NCBI RefSeq assembly: GCF_004010195.1
Contig: NC_057719.1
Location: forward strand, 27,353,872-27,417,871
DNA: 64,000 bases
Direction: 5' to 3'
Origin: Chiloscyllium plagiosum
Taxonomy: Eukaryota
How positions within the stretch are numbered: the first letter of the stretch is position 1; the number at the start of each line of letters is the position of its first letter. Made by a program: the position numbers and the translations under genes. The notes under the pieces were generated by a model. That model did no database searches. It was not told the DNA's origin and saw only the letters and a list, made by a program, of their open reading frames with translations. This document shows, in pieces, positions 51,098 through 64,000 of the stretch.

Positions 51098-51891
51098 TTC
51101 AGTCATGAGATTGCATGGAAATGTTAATTTCAGGTCATTACTGTAAGATGGGGATAGCCTAGTTACTCTGACAGTGACAACAGGCTGGTCTTATGGAGTT
51201 TATAGTAAGACTGGGCAGATACACAGGTAAATAAACATCAATAGACTTTATTCAGTATAACATGATATACATAACAGAGGGTAGGAGAGAGCACTGAGAT
51301 CCTACATGTTTGGTTCCAGTTCTATATTGTACTGACATCATCATGAATTACAGACAAATATTTTCTAATTGTCACAGTATCCCATCATCCTCCATTGCTG
51401 GAGCAGCTTGATATACTATTTCCACCAGTGTTGTCCTACAAGCTTCCCAAAAGAGCAACAAGAGGGTCCTGGAGGAGATTTGAACGGAATACCTGGTCAG
51501 AAGGTCAAAGAAATCTCAAATCATATACAAATTTTCAAAATTGTCCTCAGATCAAGTGTTTTATCATGACCCCACTAGCAGGTCCTAAAGAATGGTTTAT
51601 AAATTAAGGGTAATACCACAGACACCAGCGGTCCTGTCTGAGGAAAGGAATTGCTTGTCGCAGTGCTGCTACAATCAGGGAAATCAGATAGTTACAAAAT
51701 ATTCATGCTCAGTTCCTAGCTTCCAACACTTTTAGACAGATTGTGAAACATGATCCAACTCCAAAACTCAGAGCATGTGAATTTCCATTATCCTTGGATG
51801 AAAGAATGGTTCCCCACATCCCCAGTAAATTACTCACTCTAATCTTAAAGTTATGCTCGTTTGTTCTGGAACCTCACAACATGCCAAGCCA

Positions 51892-52208
51892 CATGGTGGC
51901 ACGGTAGCTCTGTCCTTAGCCTCACAACATCAGGGACCCAAGTTCGATTCCAGCCTTGGGTGACTGTCTTTGTGGAGTTTGCAAGTTCTCCCCATATCTG
52001 CGTGGGTTTCCGCCGGATGTTTCAGTCTCCTCCCACAATTCAAAGATGTACAGCTTAGATGGATTGGCCATGCTAACTTGCCCCGTTGAATGCAGGCTAG
52101 GTGAATTAGCCATGGTAAATACAGGGTTACAGGGATAGGGTAGGATGCTCTTTAGAGGGTTGGTGCAGTCTCAATGGGTCTCTTTCCCCATTGTAGGGAT
52201 TCTATGAT
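51892..52208 (+). mobile_element. HE1-like (V-SINE) tRNA-derived SINE
   Basis: Box B GTTCGATTCC; core TGTGGAGTTTGCA.GTTCTCCCC..CTGCGTGGGTTTCC; CR1-like tail. Confidence 0.85.
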
Positions 52209-52239
52209 GATCATTATGTTAAGCACATAAATTGGGTGG

Positions 52240-52449
52240 GAGAAAGTTAGGACTACAGATTCTGGAGATTGGAGTTGAAAAATGTGGCGCTGCATAAGCA
52301 CAGCAAGTCAGGCAGCATCCCTGGAGCAGGAGAATCGACGTTTTGGGCATAAGCCCTGCCTGATGAAGGGCTTATCCCTGAAACATCGACTCTCCGGTCC
52401 TCGGATGCTGCTTGACCTGCTGTGGTTTTCCAGTGCCACACATTTCGAC
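52240..52449. mobile_element. Miniature fold-back PLE pLTR element
   Basis: GAGAAAGT end; two back-to-back decayed hammerheads around 52335-52390. Confidence 0.8.
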
Positions 52450-53362
52450 CAAAAATAGGTAACCCATTAATCTTCAACGTTCAGGGAAAACAAGCTTAGC
52501 CTATGGAACCAAACTGCATAGCTTAGCCTTTTTAGCTCTGTTATCATTCTGGTGAATCTATGATTTAAACCCAGTAGTCATCCAGATGGTACCAAACTGG
52601 ACCTTTAATCATGCAACCGAAATCTAAATTTCTACCTTTTGCATGTCAGCCCCCTTGAGATCAAGGCTAACAGTCTGTTTGCTTTTTCTAAAAGAAAATG
52701 AAATTTCTCCTCTCCACTAATTTCATTGATTTCCATATCTGGACGGCAAAATGTTTACTCCCCCACTGCTCCCAGCTTCAGATCAGCTGGAAAGTACTGA
52801 TACAATTTTCCAAATTAGATATCCTTCCACACTCCACAGAACTATGGCAGATGGAGTTCACTTACTTAATCCATCAATGTTCCTTTGCAACTTGCTGCTC
52901 AGATCTACATTACTTACGGTAGACCACCCGGTAATCATTAGTAAACACAGCGATATGGTTGAATTCCTTCATCCAAGACATTGACAAAGGTAGGAAGCTT
53001 AGGTCCCAGTGCAGACTCCTGTGAGATAGCATTAATCACTTCCTGATCCTGCCAACTGGAGTACATTCTCCTAACTTCTGTGATCTGATAACCCTATATA
53101 ACTACACTTTTACTTTCATTCTTGTTACTTAATTTTTATCCATTTGCTGTTGTTTTATTTCTCTACCAATACATAAGATCTCTTTGCTTTATACAAGCTC
53201 TTCTTAGTTTTATCTCACTTCCTCTATTGACCAAGGTGAATTAATTACACCAATAAAACTCTTATTCTTTCATGGTATGAATGCACAGAACTTGTATTTC
53301 TTAATTTGAAAGTCTTCATTCATAGTTTTACCAGTAGTTCTGCCAATTTACTGTGTGAACTT

Positions 53363-53641
53363 GATTAGATTACTTACAGTGTGGAAACAGGCCCTTCGAC
53401 CCAACAAATCCACACCAACCTCTCCGAAGAGCAAGCCATCCAGACCCATTACGGACAATTTAGTATGGCCAATTCACCTAACCTGCACATTTTTGGACTG
53501 TGGGAGGAAACTGGAGCACCCGGAGGAAACCCATGCAGACACGGGGCGAATGTGCAAACTCCACACTGACAGATGCCCAAGGTGGGAATTGAACCCAGGT
53601 CTCTGGCGCTGTGAGGCAGCAGTGCTAACCACTTTGCCACC
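53363..53641 (-). mobile_element. HE1-like SINE
   Basis: A box GTGGTTAGC, B box GGTTCAATTCC, V-SINE core, TAATC tail. Confidence 0.88.
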
Positions 53642-54339
53642 CTAAAGCCAGCTTCACCAAAACTTAATTTGGTTCGTGACTCAGATCTCTTTCAAATTAA
53701 ATATTGAATTCCAAGCATATTATATTATGAACAAGGTTTTGATTGACAGTTAATCTGTTGAAGAATTCTGACTTAGTATTCATTAAACATAGCTATTTCC
53801 TGTTGTCCTGTCAGTTGAGCCAACACCTCGTGTCCAATGGTAAGTCCAATGGTACTGACTTGGACATACATTTCACAGGAACAGTTTGGTGAGCAATTAA
53901 AAGGAAAATTTGGTAGCTGCTGTCTGAAAGTCTCATCTGTCTGATGGGCTGGCATGAAGTTCCAGAACTATGAATATAGATAGAGACCAGTACATAAAAA
54001 GTATTTAGATGAACACTTGAAATGTCAAAACATCCAAGGCTGTGGTCTAGTACTGGAAAATGGGATGAGTGTAAATTTGACATAGTCTTGGTGGTAAAGA
54101 CTTGATGGGCTGAATGGCCTTTTCTGTACTGTGTGATTCTGTGATTTTCACAAAAAGTGAACAACCTCACAGCAATGAAAGTGAATTTATGAGTGAGGTG
54201 TCCTCCTCTCTGTCCTCTATATATTCAAAGGGGGTGTCATGGCCCAACCTCTGGAATGTAGTCATAGAATGTTAACTACAAAAGAGGTGGTCATTTAGCT
54301 CATGTGAGGGCTGGTCTTCTGCAGGAACAACCCATCCAT

Positions 54340-55005
54340 TTTTGTTATCATATTGTGTAGGTAAACCTGCAGTTCTGGTCAGGATGAAGTTCCAGGATTT
54401 TGACTCAGCAACGGTGAAGGAATGGCAATATATTTTCAAACAAGAATGAAACACAACTTGCTGAGGAGTTTGACGTAGGAGAGTTCCTGTGAGTCTATTG
54501 TCCTTGTTCCTCTATCTGGTAGAGAGTGTGGAGTTGGAATGTGTTTCTGACAGACCCTTGGCGTATTTATGAAGTGCATCTTGCAGATGTTTCATTCCCT
54601 CCATCACTGGCACAGTGTGCACATTAAAGGTGATAAATGAAGTACCAGTTAAGCATGTGGTTTGCCAGAAATTGTATTGACATTCTTGAGCATTGCAGCA
54701 ATAGCAGTCATATCAGAAAATGGAAAAATTTCAGCCACATGTCTGACTTGGCCATTATAGATGGTGCACAGGATAAGGAAAGTCAGGAGGTGAGTTATCT
54801 ACCACAGAATTCCCGGTCTCTAATCTATTCTTATAGTGAGGATGTTCTAGTTAAGATTCTGGTAGATGGTGACTTCCTGGGTATAAGTAAATGGTGAGGA
54901 TTCAATAATGACAATGCTATTGAATGTCAAGAGGAGGTTGTTAAATCCTCTCATGTTTGAGATATTTGTTGCCTGGTATTTGTGCGACACAAATGTTACA
55001 TCACA
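54340..55005 (-). mobile_element. Old CR1/L2-group LINE 3' fragment
   Basis: Reverse-complement similarity to ~5510-6140. Confidence 0.6.
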
Positions 55006-55706
55006 ATAACAGCCTGGACTCACTAAGGCCCAGGGAGGAAAACATTCCATAGAGATCCCTACAATTGATACATAGGTAAATCATGGGAAGGTTGATACCA
55101 TAAAATTAGGATGTGAATCTTAATGTATTTCATTGGGTAATCTGTATCTTGTAAATAAAAAAATTGAACTAACCTTTCCACTACGATTCTTGCCTCAATC
55201 TTCCCCAAAACATACCGTACCAGGAAGTCTTGTTGAAACATCAATAATTGTTAAAAAATAATGAAACCCAATCATGGTCTTAAATGGGATCTCATACAAT
55301 CTTATAACATCTTACTAAGTTGTACTTCCAAAGCTGGTATTGGAATTAAAGGCACAGGTTTAATGGATAGTTGGAATCTCCCCACTCTTTTATATTTATT
55401 GCACATTGGGTAAAATTTAATCACACCTTGGTTACAGCCAATAAAAATGCTTGACTATTTTAGTCTATATCACCACATGGATGACTCCCTATTTCTCATA
55501 GGCTAATATTTTATGTGATCTCTATTTCTTCATGAGAACAATGTCTTCTAAATAAAATACTAAGATATTGGTTGCAATTCAATTTCCAAGAAGGCTCTGT
55601 GTTATAACTCTCAATTCAGAATTAGTCTGTTCCATTTCCATGAAAGAAGGTAGGTTAAACATATAAGCCTCATTTTCTATTACTTCATTCCTTTTATTGA
55701 TGTTTT

Positions 55707-55982
55707 CACAGTGGTTAGCACTGCTGCCTCGCAGTGTCAGATATCCAGGTTCAATTCCCACCTCAGGCAACTGTCTGTGTGGAGTTTGCACATTCTCCCC
55801 GTGTCTGCTCTGGTTTCCTCCCACAGTCCAAAAATGTGCAGGTTAGGTGATTTGGCCATGCTAAATTGCCTGTAGTGGTCGATGTAGGGGAATGGGTCCA
55901 TGTGGGTTGCTCTTCAGAGGGTCGGTGTGGACTTGTTGGGCCGAAGGGCCTGTTTCCACACTGTGTGTAATCTAATCTAATC
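55707..55982 (+). mobile_element. HE1-like SINE
   Basis: GTGGTTAGCACTGCTGCCTC, GGTTCAATTCC, V-SINE core, (TAATC)n tail. Confidence 0.88.
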
Positions 55983-57018
55983 ATAACTGAATTGCCAAGC
56001 CATCTTCCTTGTTCATAGACACCTCCTCTTTCTGTCTAATTATAAAGGCCTGTGATCGAGTCACATGGTCAGGAACAATCTAGGATATTCCTTCCATAGA
56101 ATTTCTTTTCCTTCTACTGGTTGTTCCAACACAGTTATGGATGCCAATGTTTTAGAACTAGCCAGGACCTTCTCCAAGATAAAATCAATTCCTTCTAAAG
56201 GGATTTATTGCACTACTGCAATTCAATTTCTCCATTTATTAAGTTACTCCTCTTAGAGTCATAAAGTTATACAACATAGAAACAGGCCCTTTGGCTCATC
56301 TGATCTATGCTGACCAACAAATACAAACCATATGAATCTCATTTGCCTGCATTTGCCGACTATGTCCTGGCATTGTAAGTGCTCATCCAGATGCTTTTTA
56401 AATGCTGTGAGAGAATCTGTTTCCATCACCCTCTCAGGTTCCATTTATTGACTACCCGCAGGGTGAAGAAATTTTTTTCTCAGATCTCCTCTAAATCACT
56501 TGCTCCTCACCTTAAACATATGCTCTCTGGTCTTAGATGCCTCTGCCAAAGGAAACCGATTCTCACAATCTATTCTGCCTATGCCTCTCATAATTTTGAA
56601 TACTTCAGTCAGATTCCCCCTCAGCCTTCTCTGCTCCAAGGAAAACAAGCCCAGCCTATCCAGTCTCTCCTCATAACTGAGATTTTTCATCACAGGCAAT
56701 ATCCTGGTAAATATCCTCTGCGTCCTCTCCAGAGCAATCACATCTTTCCAATAATGTGGTGACCAACCTGCTCACAGTGTTCGATCTGTAACCAAACCAA
56801 TGTTTTATAAATTTGTAACAACATTTCCCTACTCCTATATTCTAGGCCCTACCCTAACAAAGGCAAGCACCCCATATGCCTTCTTCACCACCCTGTCTGC
56901 ATGTGCTATCACCTTCATGAATCTATAGGTTTGTACACTAAGGTCCCTTTGTTCCTCTGTACTCCCTCAAGACCTAAATTTCGCTGTGGTTCTGTTCGCC
57001 GAGCTGGAAGTTTTTGTT

Positions 57019-57058
57019 GCAAACGTTTCGTCCCCTGTCTAGGTGACATCCTCAGTGC
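57019..57058 (-). ncRNA. Minimal hammerhead motif
   Basis: GCA-CTGAGGA-T-GTCACCT agac AGGGGAC-GAAA-CG-TT-TGC. Confidence 0.7.
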
Positions 57059-58197
57059 TTGGGAGCCTCCTGTGAAGCGCTTCTGTGGTGTTTCCTCCGG
57101 CATTTATAGTGGCCTGTCCCTGTCGCTTCTGGTTGTCAGTTTCAGCTGTCCGCTGTAGTGGCCGGTATATTGGGTCCAGGTCGATGTGTTTGTTGATGGA
57201 GTTTGTGGATAAGTGCCATGCTTCTAGGAATTCCCTGGCTGTTCTTTGTTTCACTTGCCCTATAATGGTAATGTTGTCCCAGTCAAATTCATATTGCTTG
57301 TCGTCTGCGTGTGTGGCTATTAGGGATAGCTGGTCATGTCGATTCGTGGCTCATTGATGTTCGTGGATGTGGATCGTTAGCTGTCTTCCTGTTTGTCCTA
57401 TATAGTGTTTTGTGCAGTCCTTGCATGGGATTTTGTACACTACATTAGTTTTGCTCATGCTGGGTATCGGGTCCTTCGTTTTGGTGAGTTGTTGTCTGAG
57501 AGTGGCTGTTGGTTTGTGTGCTGTTATAAGTCCTAGTGGTCGCAGTAGTCTGGCTGTCATTTCAGAGATGGTGCAGAACTGCAAAAAGAGGAAGAGGAAC
57601 ACCTACACAAGGTATTCGCAAAAAACGGATATCCTTGCAATTTCATCAACAGATGCCTAAGGGAAAGACAACAGAACGAGGACATGCCGCAACCCAAAGG
57701 ACTAGCCACACCACCATACGTCAAGAACATCTCTGAAATGACAGCCACACTACTGCGACCACTAGGACTTATAACAGCACACAAACCAACAGCCACTCTC
57801 AGACAACAACTCACCAAAACGAAGGACCCGATACCCAACATGAGCAAAACTAATGTAGTGTACAAAATACCATGCAAGGACTGCACAAAACACTATATAG
57901 GACAAACAGGAAGACAGCTAACGATCCGCATCCAAGAACATCAACTAGCCACGAAACGACACGACCAGCTATCCCTAATAGCCACACACGCAGACGACAA
58001 GCAACATGAATTTGACTGGAACAACACTACCATTATAGGGCAAGCGAAACAAAGAACAGCCAGGGAATTCCTAGAAGAATGGCACTCATCCACAAACTCC
58101 ATCAACAAACACATAGACCTGGACACAATATACCGGCCACTACAGCGGACAGCTGAAACTAACAACCGGAAGCGGCAGGGACAGGCCACTAAAAATG

Positions 58198-58798
58198 NNN
58201 NNNNNNNNNNNNNNNNNNNNNNNNNNNNNNNNNNNNNNNNNNNNNNNNNNNNNNNNNNNNNNNNNNNNNNNNNNNNNNNNNNNNNNNNNNNNNNNNNNNN
58301 NNNNNNNNNNNNNNNNNNNNNNNNNNNNNNNNNNNNNNNNNNNNNNNNNNNNNNNNNNNNNNNNNNNNNNNNNNNNNNNNNNNNNNNNNNNNNNNNNNNN
58401 NNNNNNNNNNNNNNNNNNNNNNNNNNNNNNNNNNNNNNNNNNNNNNNNNNNNNNNNNNNNNNNNNNNNNNNNNNNNNNNNNNNNNNNNNNNNNNNNNNNN
58501 NNNNNNNNNNNNNNNNNNNNNNNNNNNNNNNNNNNNNNNNNNNNNNNNNNNNNNNNNNNNNNNNNNNNNNNNNNNNNNNNNNNNNNNNNNNNNNNNNNNN
58601 NNNNNNNNNNNNNNNNNNNNNNNNNNNNNNNNNNNNNNNNNNNNNNNNNNNNNNNNNNNNNNNNNNNNNNNNNNNNNNNNNNNNNNNNNNNNNNNNNNNN
58701 NNNNNNNNNNNNNNNNNNNNNNNNNNNNNNNNNNNNNNNNNNNNNNNNNNNNNNNNNNNNNNNNNNNNNNNNNNNNNNNNNNNNNNNNNNNNNNNNNN
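58198..58798. other. Assembly gap (601 N)
   Basis: Run of N. Confidence 1.
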
Positions 58799-58942
58799 AC
58801 TCTATCAACAAACACATCTACCTGGACCCAATATACCGGCCACTACAGCGGACAGCTGAAACTGACAACCGGAAGCGGCAGGGACAGGCCACTATAAATG
58901 CCGGAGGAAACACCACAGAAGCGCTTCACAGGAGGCTCCCAA

Positions 58943-58982
58943 GCACTGAGGATGTCACCTCGACAGGGGACGAAACGTTTGC
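58943..58982 (+). ncRNA. Minimal hammerhead motif
   Basis: GCA-CTGAGGA-T-GTCACCT cgac AGGGGAC-GAAA-CG-TT-TGC; stem I GCA/TGC. Confidence 0.7.
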
Positions 58983-61764
58983 AACAAAAACTTCCAGCTC
59001 GGCAAACAGAACCACAGCAACGAGCACCCGAGCTACAAATCTTCTCACAAACTTTGAACACCTAAAATTCATTGTGTATGCCCTTCCCTTGGTAGGTCTC
59101 CCAAAATGTTTCACCCCATACAAATTGGGATTAAATTCCATCTGCTATTGCTGTGCCCAGTTTACCAGCTGATCAACATTAGACTGTAGTCTGAGACCAT
59201 CCTCCTCAGTATCAACAACACCACCAATTTTCATCTGGAAACTTATTGGTTAAACCTTCTCCATTCACATCCAAATCGTTAATGTAGATAGCAAACTGCA
59301 AGGGTCCCAACACCTATCCCTGTGGTATATTGATGGTCATAGACTTCCAAATACAAAAACACCATCACTCTTGCCTCCTATTTGTACATCAATTTTGGGT
59401 CCAGTTGGGCCAACTTGCCTTGAATCCTTTGGGTTCTTACCTTTTGAACCAGTCTTCCACGTGGGATCTTGTCAAATGCCTCAGTGAAGTCCATGCGAAC
59501 CAAATCAACAGCACTACCCTCTTCAAAAATGTAATCACATTTTCATAAAAGCTCAAATAAATTAGTCAGATAAGTTGTCCCTCTAACAAATCAATGCTGA
59601 CAACCCCCGATCAGTCTCTGCCTTTCTATCATTCAGAACTTTTTCCAATAACTTCCTTACCACTGACATCAAACAAACTGGCCTGTAATTATCTGGTCCA
59701 TCCCAGCTGCCCTTCCTGAACAAGGGACCCACATTAGCTATTCTCCAGTCATCTGGCATTTCACATGTGGCCAGCAAGGTATTAGTTATCTTCCTCAAAA
59801 CCCCAGCAAACTCCTCCCTTACTTCCCATGGCAGCCAACTACTGGGGATTTGTGGACCTGTATGCATGTTAAAATGACTATTTCTCCTTATTTGTATTAA
59901 CATGTTCTAGAACCTCACACTCCCATTTGAAATCCCCAGCTATAATATTTTTCTTCTCTGTGAATACAGATGAGAAATATTCATTTAAGACCTCAACCAC
60001 TTCCATTGGTTCAATGCACAGGTTGCCTCTTTGGTCTCCAATAGATCCTACCTTTTCCCTGATAATCCTTTTACTTTTAATTATAAAAAGCCTTGGTTTT
60101 TTTATTCCATCTGCCAAAAGTATTTCAAGGCCCCTCTTTGCTCTCCTAATTTCCTTTTTAAGCTATTCCTAAACTCTTTATACTTTCGAAGGGCCTCCCC
60201 TCTTTTTAGTACAATTAATATGAATCAAATGGAAGACAAGTATTACCTTTCACCAGCATCAGCCACTGACTTGCTCCAGTATCTTTATTTGTTTACCTCC
60301 TTGACTAGAAATATATGAAAATACTGCTCTTTATGAAATAAAATATTCAGAACCTCCAATGGTTTTATTCTCTTTATCATTAATTCAGGAAGAACCTTGT
60401 TAACTGCCCTGACTCACCTTTCCCTTCCGAATAGATTCTCGGGGAACATGATCCATCTGTACTGCAGCTACATGTTTAATACACATTGCCTTTCCTGGCA
60501 TACTCTTTTCTAGGGATTCCTAAGACTGCAATCAGTATCCCATTTAATTTCCAACCAATGGCTTTGTTACATCCAGTAAAATTCTGATGGAAACATATTA
60601 TTTTCTTTACATGACTTTTGAATACTTATATTATTAACTAATCTCATGTTCAGGTTGCTATTATCCCAGTTGCCAGCGAGAGATTATTTGGCATTAATTC
60701 CCAACTTGAAAGGCAGAGTGGAAGCCTGGTGGCTAAAGCTAGCAAGCATCTTCTCTGGGCTCCCATGCTGGCCAGCGTTTCCCAATATCTCCGAGCTTGG
60801 TCCATGGGCAACAGCTAGCTTTACTCTCATCCTCGAAAGTTAGCATTGACAAGGCACTTTCCGACTGCCCTCCTGGCACTGCTGAGTACAAGTTTCACAA
60901 GAGCAGCACCATGGAGCCATGGCCTAATTCATGAAGCTACTTGTGCAGACGTGCGTGAATAAACGTGCAAGGGCTCACTGAGGGAAATCCTCCATGAAAC
61001 GCCCCAAAACAGAGAATTACTGGAAATATGAGAACATTCAGTCGTTCCAGAAGAGTCTTAGCATCAATCAAAGCCATTTTGAAATTCCAAACTATGCTAC
61101 AACAAGATACCTGTTTTTTTAAACCAGAATCTCCATGTACTCATTCCTTGAGAAGAACTGCAGATCCCTCTTAGTTCAATAAGTTCTTATCCTGCTCTGT
61201 GCCGTACACTTTGTTAGGACGCCAGCTGATCCCAGAATGAAACTTGGCTTGATTAGATCAGAGGTTTCATTTCTGCTGATAATTACCATGGATTTTAGTA
61301 AATTAAACATATTCAGAAAGCTCGTTAACGAAAGAACATAAGTTTGTTACGTAAAAGAACAACAAATAAGCTGTATATGTGAAATTTGAAAATATTTCAA
61401 CATAAACAACAAAACCAAACCTATTTTCCTGGAACTTCTTTTCCAGTTAATCAATCCCAGAGAAATATCACTCCTCTATTAACGTTAAAATTCCTTACTC
61501 AACTATTTCCAGATTTATTTTCCAAATAATTTCCAGTACCGACAGCCAAGAGACTTCAATAATGTCTCATATTCTGGAGATTCTACAAATCCAACAAACC
61601 AACCAAATGGTTGAATGAAGCTGCACTCTTGAAAGTAAAATTTAACTCTTCTCAAACTGTTAGTTTCCCCAGGATTATTTTCTCCGTATGTCATAAATGT
61701 TCACAGTGTAAACACCTAATCAGTTCACAATGCAGGCTCTGTTTCATATACAGAAGTGCTCTTA

Positions 61765-62070
61765 CATAGAATCCCTACGGTGTATAAGCAGTCCAACCCA
61801 ACCCTCTGAAAAGCATCCCTCCCAGATCCGTCCCATAACCCTGCATTTCCCATGGCTAATCCACATTGCCTACAAATCAGGGACAATTTATCATGGCCAA
61901 TTCACCCAACCTGCACATTTTTGGACTGTGGGAAGAAAACAGAGCACCCAGAGGAAATCCACACAGGTGCAGAAAGAATATGCAAATTCCACACAGACAG
62001 TTGCATGAGGCTAGAATTGAACTCAGATCCCTAGCACTGTGAGGCAGCACTGCTAACCATTGAGCCACCA
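61765..62070 (-). mobile_element. HE1-like SINE
   Basis: GGTGGCTCAATGGTTAGC head and V-SINE core on - strand. Confidence 0.85.
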
Positions 62071-63154
62071 TTACATTCCTAACACCAAAATGCCTATGTT
62101 TTTTCTTCATTTATTAACCACTACCAGTAGGTCACCCGTGACTTCCAATTTATAATTTTCACACAAAGCCCTTTAAGGGTGAGGGAGGGTTAGTGAGAGG
62201 GGGAGATGTCACCAACACAGATATCCTGCTAAATACATGATTTATATTGCATCAATTCTTAGAAATGATGTAATTAGCTCACTATTCCAAATGACTGTCT
62301 GACATCTTCACAAAAAAGTTATCTTAACAGAACTGAAACCAAAATCTATTTTACCTCCACTTAGAACAAATTCACTGAATGAAAATAATACATATCATAC
62401 ACCTTCATCACATTATAAAATTAATAGTGATAATTTCCACTTTTAACATTATGTTGGAAGGAAAGTTAGTGATGGAGCTGTTGTAGATCTTTGGGCCTAG
62501 CACATCACCCTGAGGCACTGGTGGCTCTTGTGTTGTGGTGGCCTGGATTCATGTCGCTCCATTCCTGTACCGGTTAATTAGAGGAACTCATGCTGAAATG
62601 TCCTACAACTGAAATACTTGATACCCAACAATTACAGTAATTCTCCTTCATGCTAACTATGATTCCAAACAGTGAAGTGTTTTCCTTTTGATTGCCATGA
62701 ACTTCACATTAGCTGGCGCTCCATGATGCCCTGACGTGTAGGACACTTAGACACTTCAACTTCAGGAACGTAGTTGTAGAGCCTTGGACAAACAAGGACA
62801 AAATGAGGTTGACATCAAATGTATACATGATGAAGATGCAGCAATGATGTCAGATTCACAGCACCAGATAAAGAGATCAGAATGGAGCAGAAGCTCCAGT
62901 AAGTAAAAGTTCTTGCAAAAGAAACCTGGAGCTTCAGTGGCATACCTTTGTGAGACTAGACAGCCCTAAATAACTGACCATACCCCGACCATACAATAAG
63001 AAGGCAGTTCTGGAACCAAGTAGTTCTGGCAAAAATACAAACTGAATAACTGAGTACTGTTGACCAGTTATTATTGAGCAAGTGCCATTACACAGCACTG
63101 TCACCTGAAATCACTTTGCTGATGAGTCTGACTATCTATCTTATATTTTTTGCT

Positions 63155-63281
63155 AGGAGAAAGTGAGGATTGCAGGTGCTGGAGATCAGAGTAAAGGGTG
63201 TGGTGCTGGAAAAGCACAGCAGGTCAGGCAGCATCCGAGGAGCAGGGGAATCGACGTTTTGGGCATAATCTCTTCATCAGG
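63155..63281 (-). mobile_element. Solo PLE pLTR mini-element
   Basis: GAGAAAGTGAGG...TTCATCAGG; ~18-bp TSD TATCTTATATTTTTT(G/A)CT. Confidence 0.85.
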
Positions 63282-64000
63282 TATCTTATATTTTTTACTG
63301 TTCATTCAATTCTTCAAAGATCAGTTTCATTAAGAAATTACTCGACCGATTCACACAGATCCTAGATGCCCTCTACAGGACACTGTCATTTTGATCCCCC
63401 TCTCATGACAATTTACCATTTAAAAGCTCATGGAAATTACATGTGCAGATATTTCGCTGGCTACAGTAAACTCAAATCCAATATTACCAGAAACACTTGT
63501 GATGCCTGAAAAGTCGGCTGCCTTTAGGGACTTGAACGGTTCTTTTACTGTCAGTCTGTGGAAATTGAAGTCTCCAATTACAATGCCCTGTTTTTGGAAA
63601 AAGCAAATCTGGTGCATTTAACCAGAAGGCTGTAATCAGGCAGCCCAAAGGTAATGCCAGTAAAGGTTTTATTTTTGTTCCTCATTTCCTGCTAGAGAGT
63701 TTCAACAGCCTGCTCTTCTTTCAGCAACCTCTCAATCTAGTGGTTTATACATAATTCTGTATGATTTATGATTTTCCTAAGATGCTCAAAACCTACCTAT
63801 ACCCCATAAGTGGAAGAGACAATGAAATCATCAGCCATGTTGTACAATTTATGATTTTACTGTGTTCAACTCCTACCTTCACAGCTTTCAGTTCAACAGA
63901 GGTGACAATGAAATCATGATTGGAGTGAATTGCTTCAATGTTATTTAAAACTATCCTCCCTGCAGCACACATTTATGTATTTTGTTGATAGTGCTATGCC

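Larger units (their letters stand above)
56981..59060. mobile_element. Young Poseidon-type PLE, fold-back: - arm 56981-57570, + arm 57571-59060 (contains the gap)
   Basis: NVVYKIPCKDCTKHYIGQTGRQLTIRIQEH in both arms; flanked by ACCTAAA(A)TT. Confidence 0.92.
56255..60210 (-). mobile_element. CR1 LINE split by a PLE (segments 56255-56980 and 59061-60210)
   Basis: DWRIANVGPLFRKG..PDNYRPV, MEFNP, ERTQRIFTRILP..RRLRGNL. Confidence 0.88.

Noticed and set aside
51140..51620. Possible additional solo LTR
   Set aside because: Termini and TSD could not be fixed by eye.
57684..59172. Longest ORFs in the track (391, 325, 225 and 208 aa)
   Set aside because: Their length comes from the N gap; the real part is PLE GIY-YIG sequence.
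51892..62070. tRNA genes at A/B-box motifs
   Set aside because: These are the heads of four HE1-like SINEs, each followed by the SINE core and a LINE-like tail.
63420..63617. Exon-like ORF GIVIGDFNFH.. after a good acceptor
   Set aside because: GDFN is a LINE endonuclease motif, but the flanks support neither a LINE nor a known gene; unresolved and too weak to call.

Overview
AT-rich, repeat-dominated vertebrate non-coding DNA. HE1-like SINEs, very dense CR1 LINEs and Penelope-like elements (PLEs) suggest a cartilaginous fish such as a shark (inference). No intact host protein-coding gene, rRNA, tRNA gene or CRISPR array is recognisable, and nearly all recognisable ORFs are decayed transposon fragments. 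Contents: about 20 CR1 pieces, including a near full-length copy (~38.5-43.5 kb); other LINEs (CR1/L2-group, RTE); three large and about nine miniature PLE insertions, mostly fold-back, with 12-18 bp target-site duplications (TSDs) and minimal hammerhead ribozyme motifs; a truncated Gmr1-like SCAN-bearing Gypsy element; several solo LTRs; a Tc2/pogo-type MITE; and a 601-N assembly gap. Most interesting: (1) a polarised tandem array of tRNA-3'-end (PBS-like) units beside the Gmr1 LTR; (2) co-varying hammerhead motifs in three PLE families, including retrozyme-like tandem pairs; (3) a 4-kb composite block inserted into a CR1 with a 4-bp TSD; (4) a local duplication with a highly conserved core containing a Yn-AG|GT site. 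All alignments and counts were done by eye.
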